DNA of 64,000 bases from NCBI GenBank assembly GCA_008632985.1, contig QPGO01000036.1:62001-126000 (forward strand), read 5' to 3'. The notes below the pieces were generated by a model, which searched no databases, was not told where the DNA came from, and worked only from the letters and a program-made list of their open reading frames with translations. Position numbers and translations under genes: made by a program. How positions within the stretch are numbered: the first letter of the stretch is position 1; each line of letters opens with the position of its first letter. Origin of the DNA: Psammoneis japonica (Eukaryota). Of the stretch, positions 25,591 through 38,300 are shown one piece after another.

Positions 25591-27539
25591 TTGGGTTTTT
25601 TTTTCCCACTTTTCCCATTTGGTGTTTGCATTTCCCAACTGCAACAATCCCACATGTGTCTTGGACATGTGGCTCCCTTGTGCTGTGTTTCCCATGTTGT
25701 TTGCAACTTCTGCTTTTCACACATGCTCAGCCGACTTTTTGCAGATCATGCTTGCAGCCTGTTTGCACTTTGTCTTTTCTTCAACACACCCACAGTGCAT
25801 TGGGTCTTTGCATCAACAACAGCATCTGATGGATGGAATGCCTCTCTGAAAATGGCTTTCACTGCATCACTGCTCACAGCCAAATGAAGGGTTGGGGCTC
25901 ATTCTCCTCTTCCTCCTCCTCCATGGTCTCTTCCTCCTGCTCCAAGCAAGTGACTGAGCATCCTCAACAGTTTTTCTCCAGGGTGAACTTCCTTTTCTGA
26001 TGACTCCTCCTTGCCCAAATTGTTTGGCGCATCATTGCCACTCCCTTTCTGGGGTCACTGGCACCATCTGCTGACATTGCTGTGCTGTTGACTTCAGTCA
26101 GTTAATGTGTCAATCATTGCACTCCCTGCACCTGTGCGGCATTGGCTTGGTGAATTTTTGTGATGTTTTTCCAAATGTCAGTGAAACCATGCCATGTGCC
26201 AGATCAGGTTGGTTGTTGCTGATCTGGCACATGCAGTTGCAGAACCCAATGTAACAAGGAAATTGAAATGATTGATTTGCTTTCTTTTCTGTAGAAAGTT
26301 CATTTCCAATCTTGCAGGTGACTGGGCATTTACAATGATTTGCACAAGAAATGACTCTGTGTGTGTGCTGAGTCAGCAATGTCCTTGTCAAATGCAGAAG
26401 GTGGGGTGACTCCACTCTTCCACCCAAGGACTGCAAAGGCTGCCTCCAATCACAGAGGGAGTGCATGAGAAGTTTTGATGAAAAGGCCATCCTGTTCTCT
26501 GCTTGACAACTGAGCAAACATTTGCAAAAAAGCCATGTCAGGTGAGAGAATCCTTCAAATTGAAGCTCAGAAGATGAAGAAGGACCCAGAACAAGATGAT
26601 CCTGAAGCCATTGTTGATCAGTTGTTTGGCATGCTTGAATGTCTGAGGCACAGCTCCAAAGATGAAGCCTGCAACCACTTTGTTGTTTGCAGGTTGCCTT
26701 TTCATCAACACATCACCAACCAAAGCTTGAGGGTTGTCCTGTCAGCCTGTCAGAGATTCACCTCTCCGGCTTCACTGCAAGATGCTTGTTGAAAGGTTCA
26801 AAGGCAGAACAGAAAACCTGGAAGTGACTCTTGATGCAAAGTCAAACATGCCATTGTTTGATGGTCTAAATTTTTTGCAAGAACATTTCAATCTGTCAGT
26901 TGCCAACATGTTTGTTTCCACTTAAGGCAAATCTGGTGAGCACATGTGGAGTGAAGTGCAAGTGAATCTTGGCAACACTTGGCCAACTGCCAGGTTTTTT
27001 ACAAGTTGTTTGACTTGATCAGTGCAACACATGTGGTGCCATGAAGTCTGTGGTGGTTTGTGCTGGAACACAGAATGATGCAGCTGTTGTTTTAAAGTTG
27101 ATTTGCACCTTTTGACAAACACCAACTGTGTCAACTTTTTTTGTGCCATGGTGAAGGAAAGGTTGCCATCAGCTGGAATTCTTTGTGGCCCTTTGAAAAG
27201 AGACAATGAGTTTTCTAAGAAGGGGAAATTAAAAAAGCCAGAAAAAGAGGTTCCCATTTGGGTGAACAGGTGACAGCTGTCCATGAAAGCTCCTCCATTG
27301 ACTGTTGTGGAATGGACATCAACTCTGACTTTCCCAATGCACCACACCTGTCCAACTTTGTGAAAAGGCCAAGAAAGATGAAATTGATGGAAGTTCATCT
27401 TGGCTTTGAGGACTGCAATGATGAAAACTCACAGGCAACAGTGTGTTTTCCAGAAGTGTTGGCAGACAACCAATGCTGATGTGCTGTTTTTCAAACACTC
27501 CTTTTTGTTAGATTGTTCCTGCAGCTGGACAAACATGGC

Positions 27540-27995
27540 AAAATCTGGTTTGCCAAGACAACAAGGTGCTGCACCCACCCATGACAAGGCTTGCACTGCC
27601 CAACCACAGTTCTTGGCATGCCCCCAGGGACCCAACTGAGCCCACCATCACCATTTGCCAGGCAACTTTGGACTTGCCCCATCGTGCCATTGTCCACCTT
27701 GTTTCTGCAACAGGGCTGATGTGGGGCAAAATCCTGGTCTGCCAGGACAACAAGGTGCTGCATCTGCCCAAGACAAGGCTTTCACTGCCCAACCATGGTT
27801 CTTGGCATGTCCCCAGCAACCTGACACAGCTCTTCGTCAGCCGCCACATTGCAGTGCAACTGTGGACTTGCGCACTGTCTCATCATTGTCTGCCTTGTTT
27901 CTGCAGCATGACTGATGCGGCACAATCTTGGTCTGACAACAAGGTGCTGTGTCCACCCAAGGCAAGGCTTGCATTGCCCAACCACAGTTCTTGTT
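27540..27995 (+). repeat. Three diverged tandem units with 189-bp period
   Basis: acaacaaggtgctg...caaggctt.cactgcccaacca..gttctt starts at 27558, 27747 and 27936. Confidence 0.85.
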
Positions 27996-28794
27996 GTGTC
28001 ATCGCCAGAAACCCCCAACAGAGTCCACAACCACCGTCCCAGCCAAAGCAGCTGCACAATTTCTTTGTCACTTTTTTGTGACACCCAAGGCTCTGCAGCT
28101 GGGAATCTCCACTGTGCCAAAATGATGATGAGGGACAGGCGGGGCTTCCTGTTCTTCCAGCCACCAAAGACAACACACTCAACCATCCAACCATGGTTGG
28201 TTGGTGGCGCAAGTCCAATGAGAAGTTCCATCCTTCTTTGTTCTTTGTTTCTCCCGAATCGCGCGCACGCGCATAATTTTTGCCCACACACAACACACAA
28301 CATCAACAGCCACAATGACATCAGAAGCCGCACTGCTCCAGCGTCGCAACCACAGCGTCTCATCTTGCAGTTCCTTTTGAAACATAAACTTCAATACACC
28401 CTTGACACAAGCTTGGCGTTTTGTTTTTTTGGAATTGATCAGGTGAAGAGGTGTGCAAATGCAAATTCGAATGTGAGATTGGTGCTGCATGCAGCGATTT
28501 GTGCGCGTGGTTTCGGTATTTTTCGAGTTGGGGGAGTTTCAAGTTGTGTTATTGCGTTTCTCACACGTTTTGCCGACGTTGTATGAATATTCAGGATTTA
28601 TTCTGTTTGTTTAACATATAAGGGATACTTCAGTCATTTGTTGGTGCTCCTGGAGATGTTCATACCGTGATGTAAGGGGGGTGCGCTATCACAGCTGCGC
28701 CATGACGCTGCGAATGAATCCTATGTTTCGAAGCTTTCTCCGTACTTGAGCGACCCTTGTATTTTATGACACCCACCAAAGTCGAGAATACGAC

Positions 28795-29652
28795 TTAATG
28801 CTGTTGTGCTCTGTGTTCTGGGAATTGTTTTGCAAGCATAAGGGTGCTTTGTTTTGACGCACCGACCGACAAATCTTGTGTTGCGCTGGTCTCGTTAGGC
28901 GCGGCTCCATGTGTCGCACGATATTGGCAACTGGTAAGTGACTGTTTCAAGTTTTCAAATATGAAATTGAATTTTATCGCATTACTCAATGTCGTGATTG
29001 TAGTCCGGCCAACAGGATTCGCAAATGGCCGCTCCGTGCGTCCCGCAAGCGCTGCACCAGAGTCTCGTCTTGTGACAATGTGCATCAAGCTGGGCCGAGG
29101 GAACGTCGCCATCGGTATTGTCCCGAATCTTGCTGTAACACGATCTACATCATCTAGGATGAGTTGCTGCAGTGCTTCTTTCCTTCTGGCAAACAACTGC
29201 TGCTGCGTCATGAGGAGTCGGTCGTCGCTTCCACCGATGCCATGGGTAAGTCCCTCTTTACATAAGAAGCATTCTTTGCAGTCGCATGGAATGTACCCAA
29301 GTTTCCTCATCCGTTTTGGTTTTGATTCTTCAATTCCCGTGTCTTTCCAATCAAGCTTGATCCATTGGCTCATCATCTCTAGCGCTAAGTCCATTTGGAA
29401 CTTGTACCGCCCTTGGTTTTTTGAAGAATACCTGTGCCACGGATGATTTGCATCATGCTCAGCAATGTATTTCACAATGACATACATCGCGTGGAGGATG
29501 CCATCAACATTCAAAAAGAATATTGAATCGCCCACCATCTCTTCCGAAAGTGGGTTGGCGTAGTTGAGATACCGGTATCGGAAGTAGCTCTGGTTTGGAC
29601 AACATCCATTGGAACTAGAAATCGGCGTGGACACGACGTTGCGTGACTCCAT
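28795..29652 (-). mobile_element. C-terminal fragment of a putative piggyBac-like transposase, in an unmutated repeat island (~28570-31180)
   Basis: SIFF..DGILHAMYVIV...GRYKFQMDLA...DW...KPKRMRK.GYIPCDCKECFLCKEGLTHGI resembles C-termini of piggyBac-type transposases with a Cys-rich finger (from memory, not searched). No catalytic core or TIRs found. Confidence 0.5.
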
Positions 29653-30589
29653 TAGACTTTTTTCAGTTTGGTGTATTGCGGGTGTTGACTGCTATCTCAT
29701 AGCACTATCTCTAGATTTGTTTTCTTTACTGTCTTCATTCACGAGCAAAACCCGGAACGCTCGGGAATTTCGAATATTACGTTCCTGTCTACAGAGCATC
29801 GTAGCTAGCTACTTTGTAATTGAGATGGCTCGCATAACCCCGAGGGAAGCGGGCGATTAGCGTCGCAATAGTCCAGCACATATCGATGACAAGCCTGGGG
29901 GCATCCCGTAATGACCACCCCAGCGTGGACCCCATCTGAAAGAAAGAGGGGAGCGGTGTAGTACTAAAACAGAAACAACGACATCGCAAGCGCTACGACC
30001 GCCATCGTAGTCTATTGACGTACGTACGGAATACAATACGCAAGAATAAAGATTGCTATCTTGTACTTTTAGTCTTTCTACTTGTATTGGAATAGTTTCA
30101 AAGAGTGTTTCAAAATTTGAAACACACCAACGTCAAAAGTTGATATAGAAATCGGTTGCGTAGGGTGACGTTGCCTCAAGAGCGCCATCAGAAGATAGCG
30201 CTCAAGCTTTTTCCTATTTTCGGGGTGGATCAACATCCCAAAAAAAGAAAAAGGGGGGACGTACTACGGAGACAGCAAGAAAACTTGCGAGTCAACCGCG
30301 TTCTAAATCAACACTCCCTACGAGTGAAGACTTACCGCATCATGTCAATGACACGACAGAACCCCAAACCTGTGTTCCGTCAACGGTATGATCTGCTTGG
30401 CAAGCTTTTGCTGCTTCACAGACGAACGCTGCTGTCTGTTTCAACAGCCGTGACCTGACGGGTCAAGCGAACAGGCAACTTCCTACGCTCAAAGACACGA
30501 GAGTGACATGGACTCAAGGCCGGAGAGACGCATTCGATTTGCCCCGACCTCTGGACTTAACTGGCAACACCTACGCCGCCGATTGAGAA

Positions 30590-30882
30590 AACACGCCATC
30601 AAGCAAAATGATTTGTGGAATTCCAAACAAGAGCGAGCAATCTATTCCAGAAGAAGGGCGAGCCATCCTCGGCGATCGCGGCATTCGTTGCTTGGCAAAC
30701 AACAAACACATCGTGCGAGACGACTAGTTTTAAAAGAGAGACAACACGCCATCAAGCAAAATGAGTTGTATAACTGCCAAGCAAGAGAAGACTTTCTATT
30801 ATCCACAGGAAGGGTGAGCCATCCTGGGCGATCGCCTGCGTTCCTGCTTGGCAAACAACAAACACATCGTGCGAGACGACGA
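30590..30882 (+). repeat. Two ~153-bp-period direct repeats
   Basis: aacacgccatcaagcaaaatga...gcttggcaaacaacaaacacatcgtgcgagacgac occurs twice. Confidence 0.9.
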
Positions 30883-31717
30883 GTTGTGAGCGAAAGAAGG
30901 CGCGAAAGAAAAAAGCGTTCGAGAGTTTTGGTTTGTGTCGTGACCGTTGCCAATTTTCTCAATCACTATCATTTTTGTGTATGTTTGTATAATCGATACC
31001 ATCACTTCGTATGTAGAACATTCGTGAGATCTTGGTACTTTCAAAAATATTACGAATTCCTACGTACGCTTCACGGTAACCGTAGAAAACGCAAAAACCG
31101 CCGTCGCCGCCACCAAACTCGTCAACGGTAGCCGTACGCAAGTACAGACGCAGAAAACTACCGCCGAGCGAGCGAGCGAGCGCAAGCCCATTTGGAGATC
31201 GAGGTCATCACACTTCGAAGCAGCTCAAACATCAAACATGCCGACAGTTCACACTGCACCGCAGTTGCAGTTTGCAGTGTTGATCGATCGCCATGACAGC
31301 AAAGATGGATGTGAACGACAGTGGCAACTCCAATCCAACAGCAACACATGACTTGTCAGGGTTTCGAAAGAAAGCATCGAAGATCCCATCAGAGTTCTTG
31401 GATGAAGAAATCAAAACCCAAGAAACTGAAACAGCAACAGGGTGCAAGTCTTGGCTTTGTGGCCACATCAATCTTGCACAAGAACAAGAGCTTTCAACAG
31501 AGTCATGTCATTTCTTTGATTTGAGTGGGTTTGCAATGTTGAAGAATCTGTGGGGTGTTTGCAGCAACTGCATCTGTCGGGCATGCAGAAGAGGATGCTC
31601 AAAAACGTGACAGCATGCATGACTAAATTTTGACCAATGATGCACTCCTTTCCAAAGTCAGAAATGCACACCACATCAAATTGTCTTCATTCAGACAGCA
31701 ACTGACACTGAGACAAG

Positions 31718-31875
31718 ATGGCCGGAGTTCTTCTGCTGGCAACAGATCAAGCCGGAGAAACAATGTGGCTGCAAGGTGTTGTGGCAGCTGTCAAGATGGG
31801 AGCAACCAAGGCAGACTTTGACAATGTGATTGGAATCCACCCCACACAAGCAAAAAAACTGGCAACAATGCAAGT
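31718..31875 (+). pseudogene. Glutathione reductase C-terminal fragment
   Basis: [32 protein letters not shown] matches the GR dimerisation-domain motif [20 protein letters not shown]. Confidence 0.8.
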
Positions 31876-32099
31876 GCTGCTGTGTCATTTTACAAGAATG
31901 ACAAAAGGGTGGAAGAGAGTGGCCTTGCAGTGTCCTCAGCTCCAGGTGTGCACCAACCTTGTCCCACAGCCTCTTGGGCTGGCCCATTGAACAATCAATG
32001 CCAGAAGCAACTTTGGACATGTGCATTTTACAGTGTGTCATTGCAAGTCAGGGTGCAATGAATCCACAAAAAACACACAGGAGGCGATCCGTGCCTGAA

Positions 32100-32300
32100 T
32101 GGTCCTGTGCACATGCCAACCACAAACCTTGGGACATGCAGCACCAAACACCACACCGTGGGCCCCAGACAAGAAAAAAACTCTTGAGAGATGACATCTG
32201 AAAGAAAGAGAGCAGCAGTGTGGTGCAAAAACAGAAATGATGACATGAAAGCATGCAACAATGCTTCAAATGCTGCTGCAGTCATTGCAGTCCATTGACT
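32100..32300 (+). repeat. Third, hypermutated partial copy of the 29850-30020 repeat
   Basis: catctgaaagaaagag...gtgtggtgcaaaaacagaaa...gtcattgcagtccattgac versus catctgaaagaaagag...gtgtagtactaaaacagaaa...gccatcgtagtctattgac. Confidence 0.75.
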
Positions 32301-32381
32301 GGCTTGTGCACAAACAAAGCGTTCGCATTCCCTCTCGGGCTTCTTCATTTTTTGAGCCTTGTCATCTCGCTCGTTTTTTAG

Positions 32382-35300
32382 ATGATTGTGATTTCTTCGC
32401 GAAAGTTGCCGTGCAGTGACACTCACGGACTGAATCCAGTCCATGCGTCCACTCGAGCTGCTCCATCCTGGCAGCTGGTGCCGCTGGTGCCCACACCAAA
32501 GAGACAAACCCACAACAAAAGGCAAAAACAATGGTCCTCAACAAAGTTCCTAAGAATGGCCACAGTTAAATGTGGGTGGTCTGTGAATCACACAACCCAA
32601 AATGAGAAGCAAGACCCCCTCTGGGTGCCCTCCTCCTGCCTGCCTTGTCCCCCTGCCCCCTCCTGACAACATCATCATTGCAGCTGATCCAACACAACTG
32701 AGAATGTTCATTGGTCAAATCAGCTGGAGTTGCAGCATCAAAAATGGGAAGTGGAACATGCCACATTGCCAAAAACCAAAACACTTGACATGAGGATGGC
32801 CAGTGTCAGCTGCCACCCTTGGAAGAAAAAATTTCAAAAGCCATGGTTCACATCCAAAGAATGTGACAAAAAGAAGGAAAAGAGCCTTGCTGAGCAAATG
32901 GGCAGGGACGGCGACAACTTCCACACTCTCTGTCAAACAAACCATTGGAAGCTTTTGTCAGACAAGAGACAAAATGCACTCAAAAGAAGGATTTTGTTGA
33001 GCTTGTAGAATGTCTCAGCAAAGAACCCAAATGCATGAGCTTGGAGACTGCCATTGATGCCAACATTTGTGGCCCACAAGCTGCATCATCATTGGACCAT
33101 TCTCTTCCACATTGTGTGAAGGAATGGGGAGGAGGACAGGGCAGCACCTTTGAGGATCTGCTGCATGGTTTTTTGGACTGGGAACTTGAACATTTGTCTG
33201 AAAACTGGTCCTTGATCTCTCAGCTCCTTGGCCTGTCATTTTCCTCAAGCTCAAGCTGCCAGGAAAATGCTGCAAAGCCAACAAAGGACCACGATGAGAG
33301 TTTCCACTTGAGGACCAACCTCTTCATCAGCAGCAACACAGCATCACAGCAACATTTGGTTTTTTGATGCACATGGGTGCACTCACATGGCACCAACCAG
33401 TGAAACAAATGAGCTGTGTTGTGATCTTCCAGTTGTGCAGATTGCTGATTTTGAGGTTCAGCTCTCCATCTCCAATTCTGTGAATGGGACGAAGAAACTC
33501 CAATCTCCTCCAGAAACGCTTCACCTTGATCTGCCTCTTCTAAGCCAGAGCACTCTGCTTGCTGATGACTTGTTGCATTTTTCAGGTCCATCCTTGGGGT
33601 TGCTTTTGTGTGGTGCATCATGCGGCATGTCACACAAGGCTGCTTTAACCATGACTGGATTTGAGAAGTTTTTTTTTGTCGATCAGCTCGGAACTCACTC
33701 CTTCATCCCAGCAGAGGCCACAGGGCCTCATTTTTTCCAATCAAATCATCAACCAGCAAAAAGCAGCCACAAGTGGCTGACAATGATCTGGCCTTGGCAG
33801 ACGCACTGCACCCGGTGCTTCTGGCACATCAGAAAATGACAGAGCTCCTCTCTTCTTTGCACCAGATCCCTTGTTGTTGTTTCCTGCTTGTCCTTGTTCT
33901 CTGCAATGTTCAGAAGAATGGAGTCCTGACACTGTGGACTGCAACAAACATGGTGGCTGCATCTTGTTCCATTGCACCCTCCATGATGAAGAAGAACATT
34001 GATGTTGTTTGACATGCATTTGGCATGCAGGAAGCATCCACAGGCGGTGTCTTGATCATGCACAATGATGGCAATGACAATGAAACATCCCAAGTGCCAC
34101 AAGAACTGTCCAGTGCTGTGGGCACCTTCTTTTTTGACCCAGGCTGCACCTTGCATGCAGCCATGGGCTTTGGCTGTGGCAGGGGCCCAGCATGTGTGCT
34201 TGACCAATTTGCCAACCTTGGTGGAATGTGGCATTCAATCCAATTTGCTGTGCAATGGGGCTGCATTTGACAGTGATGATGGTGACAACAATGCAAAAGT
34301 TGCAACAACCATGTTGGGTTGGACACGCCCGGTGCCAACCCATTCAATGAAACAAACATGGGACTCAATTGTTGCCTCCAATTGCCTCTTGTTGCAGCAC
34401 TTGTGTCAAAACACAATCTGCACTGTGGATGCATTGCCATCACCTGCAACACAATTTCTCTTCACCTCTCAATGCCATGTCTTAAATGAACAACAAACAA
34501 CTTTGGAACAAGTTTTGTGGGGGTGACTCATGTCAAACACAAACGGCATTGCAAGTGCCAGGCACACCATGTTGCTTGAATGAGATGGTGCTGACAAGTT
34601 GAACAGCTGCAGTGAGTTGTTCTTGTGGCATGTGAAGTGGCAGTTGGGGCACCCAACTTGAGAGAGCATGTGAGAGAGAGAGAGAGAGAGAGAGGGGGGA
34701 GGGAGGGAGAGAGGGAGGGAGGGAGGGAGAGACACACGCTCATTTTGCAAATTTGCTTTCTTCTTTTTGTGCAAAGAAATGCAACAATGGGCACAGGATG
34801 GGGCTTCTTGTTGTAGAAATTTCTTCTGGCATGAATGCACAAGCAACAAGCATGATCCATTCACTGTCTGGTGACTTTGTTGCAGCAGACAGCAACAAAA
34901 GGGGATGTCCATCCATGCAAGTGGCAGAACGTGCGCATCCAAAAGTGTGGCTTGACTGCTTGGGTGCACTTGCAGACACTGCCAAATGGCCAAAAATGAA
35001 CAACATTAATCACACTGAAGAGCAGACAGATTTGCAATCAAAAACAGTGCATGCAAATGCATCAACACAGGAAAGACAAGCATGTGGCACATGGTTTTTA
35101 GTTGAAGTCAGTCCATCTAAATGCAATGACACATGGCCCACCCAAGTTTCCTCCTTTGAAGACACAGCCATTCACAGACTGCACAAAAAGGCCCTGGTGG
35201 TGTTGCACCCATGCTGGGTTTGTTTTCACAACTGGCATCACAAAAGGATGGGCATGTGCCAATGACTGCATCTGTTGGAAGTTTCAAACCCCAAGCATGC

Positions 35301-38300
35301 AGATTGTGATTGAATGCTTTGGCACACTCAAAGATGTCACCAATGTCCTTCACAGAAGAAACATCCCAGCCAGCAATGTCTGCATTGAACTTTTCTGCTT
35401 TTCTGAAAGTCCAAGCCATTTCAGTGACACCGCTGACATCCCACTTTGAAATGTCCATCCCACTTTGAAGTGTCAGTGGTGAAAAAGATGGCCTTGCAGA
35501 TTGTCCAACTCATTGCAGTCACAGAGGAGAAACATCCCAACCAAAAGCAAATGTCTCCCAGGACAAAGTGCGGCACTCCACTGAAAAGATTGTTCATCTC
35601 TGTGACACTTGACACACCCCAGTTGGAGATGGAGCTCCAATTGCCTCTGTGGTGCTTTGCAGCCTCTTCAAAAATGTCACTCAAAAATTCTCAACTGAAG
35701 AGGTGTCCCAAGTGGAAAGATCACCACCCCAAAGCTGTCTGGCATGGCAAAATGTGTTTCTCATGACAGTGGTCACACTGGACACAACTGATCTCCATGT
35801 CCCTTGAGACCTTGATTGACTTCAGATGATTCAAACATGGAAGACATGTCTGTAACAGATGCAACATTCCTCTGTTCTCCAGTGGGTTGATTGAAAATGG
35901 GGAACCACAGAACATGCCAGACATGTCAGTGACTTGAGCATCTTTCCAAGAAGACAGTTCCTCATTGAACTTGGTCCCCCAAAACAAGTTGCTGCTGTCA
36001 TCAACTGATGAAATGTCCCAATCCTTGAGTGAGAGATTGAATTGGGCTGCTCTCTTGAACATGGCATGCATTGTGTGCTGGCTTTGGATGCATCCCATTC
36101 ATCAGTCAATTGACCAAAGAATGCTGCTCCATGGAAAATGCCACTCTCATGTCTGTGACTGCACTGGCATCCCAATCACTGATCAATTGATCAAAGCTGG
36201 AGGCTTCCCTGAACATTTCAGACATGTCTGTCACCAAACTGACATCCCAACCACTGGGGCTTTGAATGAAGGGCTGGGCCTTGTAAAACATGTGTTGCAT
36301 CAATGTGGCGGCACTCACATCCCACCCCTGCAAGGGTTGGTTAAAAAAAATCTGATTTTCAAAGAGATCGTGAAATTTTGTCACCTTGGAGATGTGCCAA
36401 CCCTTGCCAAGGCTGTGTTGGGCCAAGACAGTGGTGTTGTTGGCACTTTCAAAGGCACCCAAGACTTGGACAAGTTTTTCACAAATTTCAAAACAAGGAC
36501 AGCCTTGCAGTCCCACACACAAAGTCTTTGGGATTGATGGCAGTGTCATGAAACCTCCATTGTTGCTGTTGCTGTTGTTGGGATCACTGTTTTTGGGGCC
36601 ACCATTGCCGTTGTCTCTGCCACCATTGGGGTCACCATTGCCATTGTTTTCACCCCTGCTGGACGGATTCAGTTTCTTTGGTTTGCTGGATTGGACCAAG
36701 TCAAAAGTGGAACGGCAGTGTTCACAAGAATGGATGCTCAAGCTGCTCTTGGATTGTGGCAAAATTGCCAAAAGTCAAGATGAGTGCTCTCCAATCTGGG
36801 AAGCAGTGGTGCTGTCAATGGGGTCATGTTGCAGGTGAAAAAGTGTCTCACTGAACCCACAGATTTTACCATGCTTGCCAAGACACTGGATGCAGCCATG
36901 CAGATTTGCAATGTTCTTGCTGTGGACTTTGAGAGCTGACTCAAGGAGCTGACACAAGGAGTCACTCAATGGACCCGTGCCACTGAGTGTCATCTTGCTT
37001 TTGTCAGGCATCTCTTGGACATGTGTGCCATTCCTGTCATTTGGGATTTGTGCAATTCACTCACCTCCATTGTTGATCAAGACTTGATGCTGGAATCCAA
37101 AGAACACATCATCATTCAAGAGGGCTTTCATGAAGAATTAGATGCCAGCAGGGAGCAATGCAAAAACCTTGGCAGTGTGCAACTGTGCCATCACAATGTG
37201 TTGTGATTTGCACTGACATGGTGCTCACAACCACAGCCATTGCTCTCTTCTAACATGCAGATCTGCTCATGTTGACTGCGGGCCAAATTGGTGACAAGCA
37301 CGCTGAAGCAACAAACATTTGAAACCAGAACACAGTGCAATTTTCATTCTGCAAGCAGGATTTCGCACGGAACTTGAAAGACACCACTTGCCACCCCCAT
37401 GCCCTCACTGAAAGCTGAAGCAAACAACATTTTGTCCCCAGATGCCAATGTGCACTTGGATCTGCCACCAGATTTTGATTTTGTCTTTTTCCATTGAACA
37501 AAGCTTTGCTTCAAGAACAACAAGGTTTGAACTCTTGATCAAGAGAATGGGGATTTGGATGCCACCATCAAGGACTCCATCATTGTGGTCATCACAGAGC
37601 TTGAAGAAGACATTCTTGATTGTGAAACAGAAGTTCAAAGTGCCTTTGGAGCACTTGCTGAACTCAATTGCATTCTTTCCTTTGCATGCTGCACTGCTGA
37701 CAATGATTGCACTGGGCCCCAGTTGCTCCCCATTGACCAAATGTGTGTTCAAATCAAGAATGACAGTCATCTGTTGCAAGAACTCATTGTAGATGGAGAA
37801 TTCATTTGGAACAACACAAGCATGAATGGGGAACAGAGTCATGTCAATCTCATTGCTGGACCAAACTTTGGTGGCAAGAGTTGCCACACTTGTCAGGTTG
37901 GAATGCTTGTGCACATGGCTCACATTGGATGCTGCCTTCCCTGTGACTCTGCCAGCATTTCCATGGCAGATCAGATTTTTTGTGTGCATTGACACCGCTG
38001 AAACTTGCTTGGTGCCCCACAGCAGCTTTCAGGATGATCTGATGCACAGGTGGCTTCTGTTCTTGGAAGGAGCACCCCTTTGTTGCTTGTGCTCATTGAC
38101 AAAGTTGGAAAAGGTGGGCACAGACTCTCTGGAGGCATGCTTCTGGCCATTTGACACTCAGCCCATCTTGTTTTCCTTGTGTGCTTGCATCACTGAAGGC
38201 ACAAGCACAGTTTTGGCAGTGGCAACTGAGAATCTTTCTTGCATGAAAGGCAAAATCATTTGTGCAACCCATTTCCTGGAAGTCTTTGGCTTGGGATTGC

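Noticed and set aside
30508..31131. Arg-rich 207-aa ORF
   Set aside because: Derived from the 153-bp tandem repeat in a TE-like island; no domain recognised.
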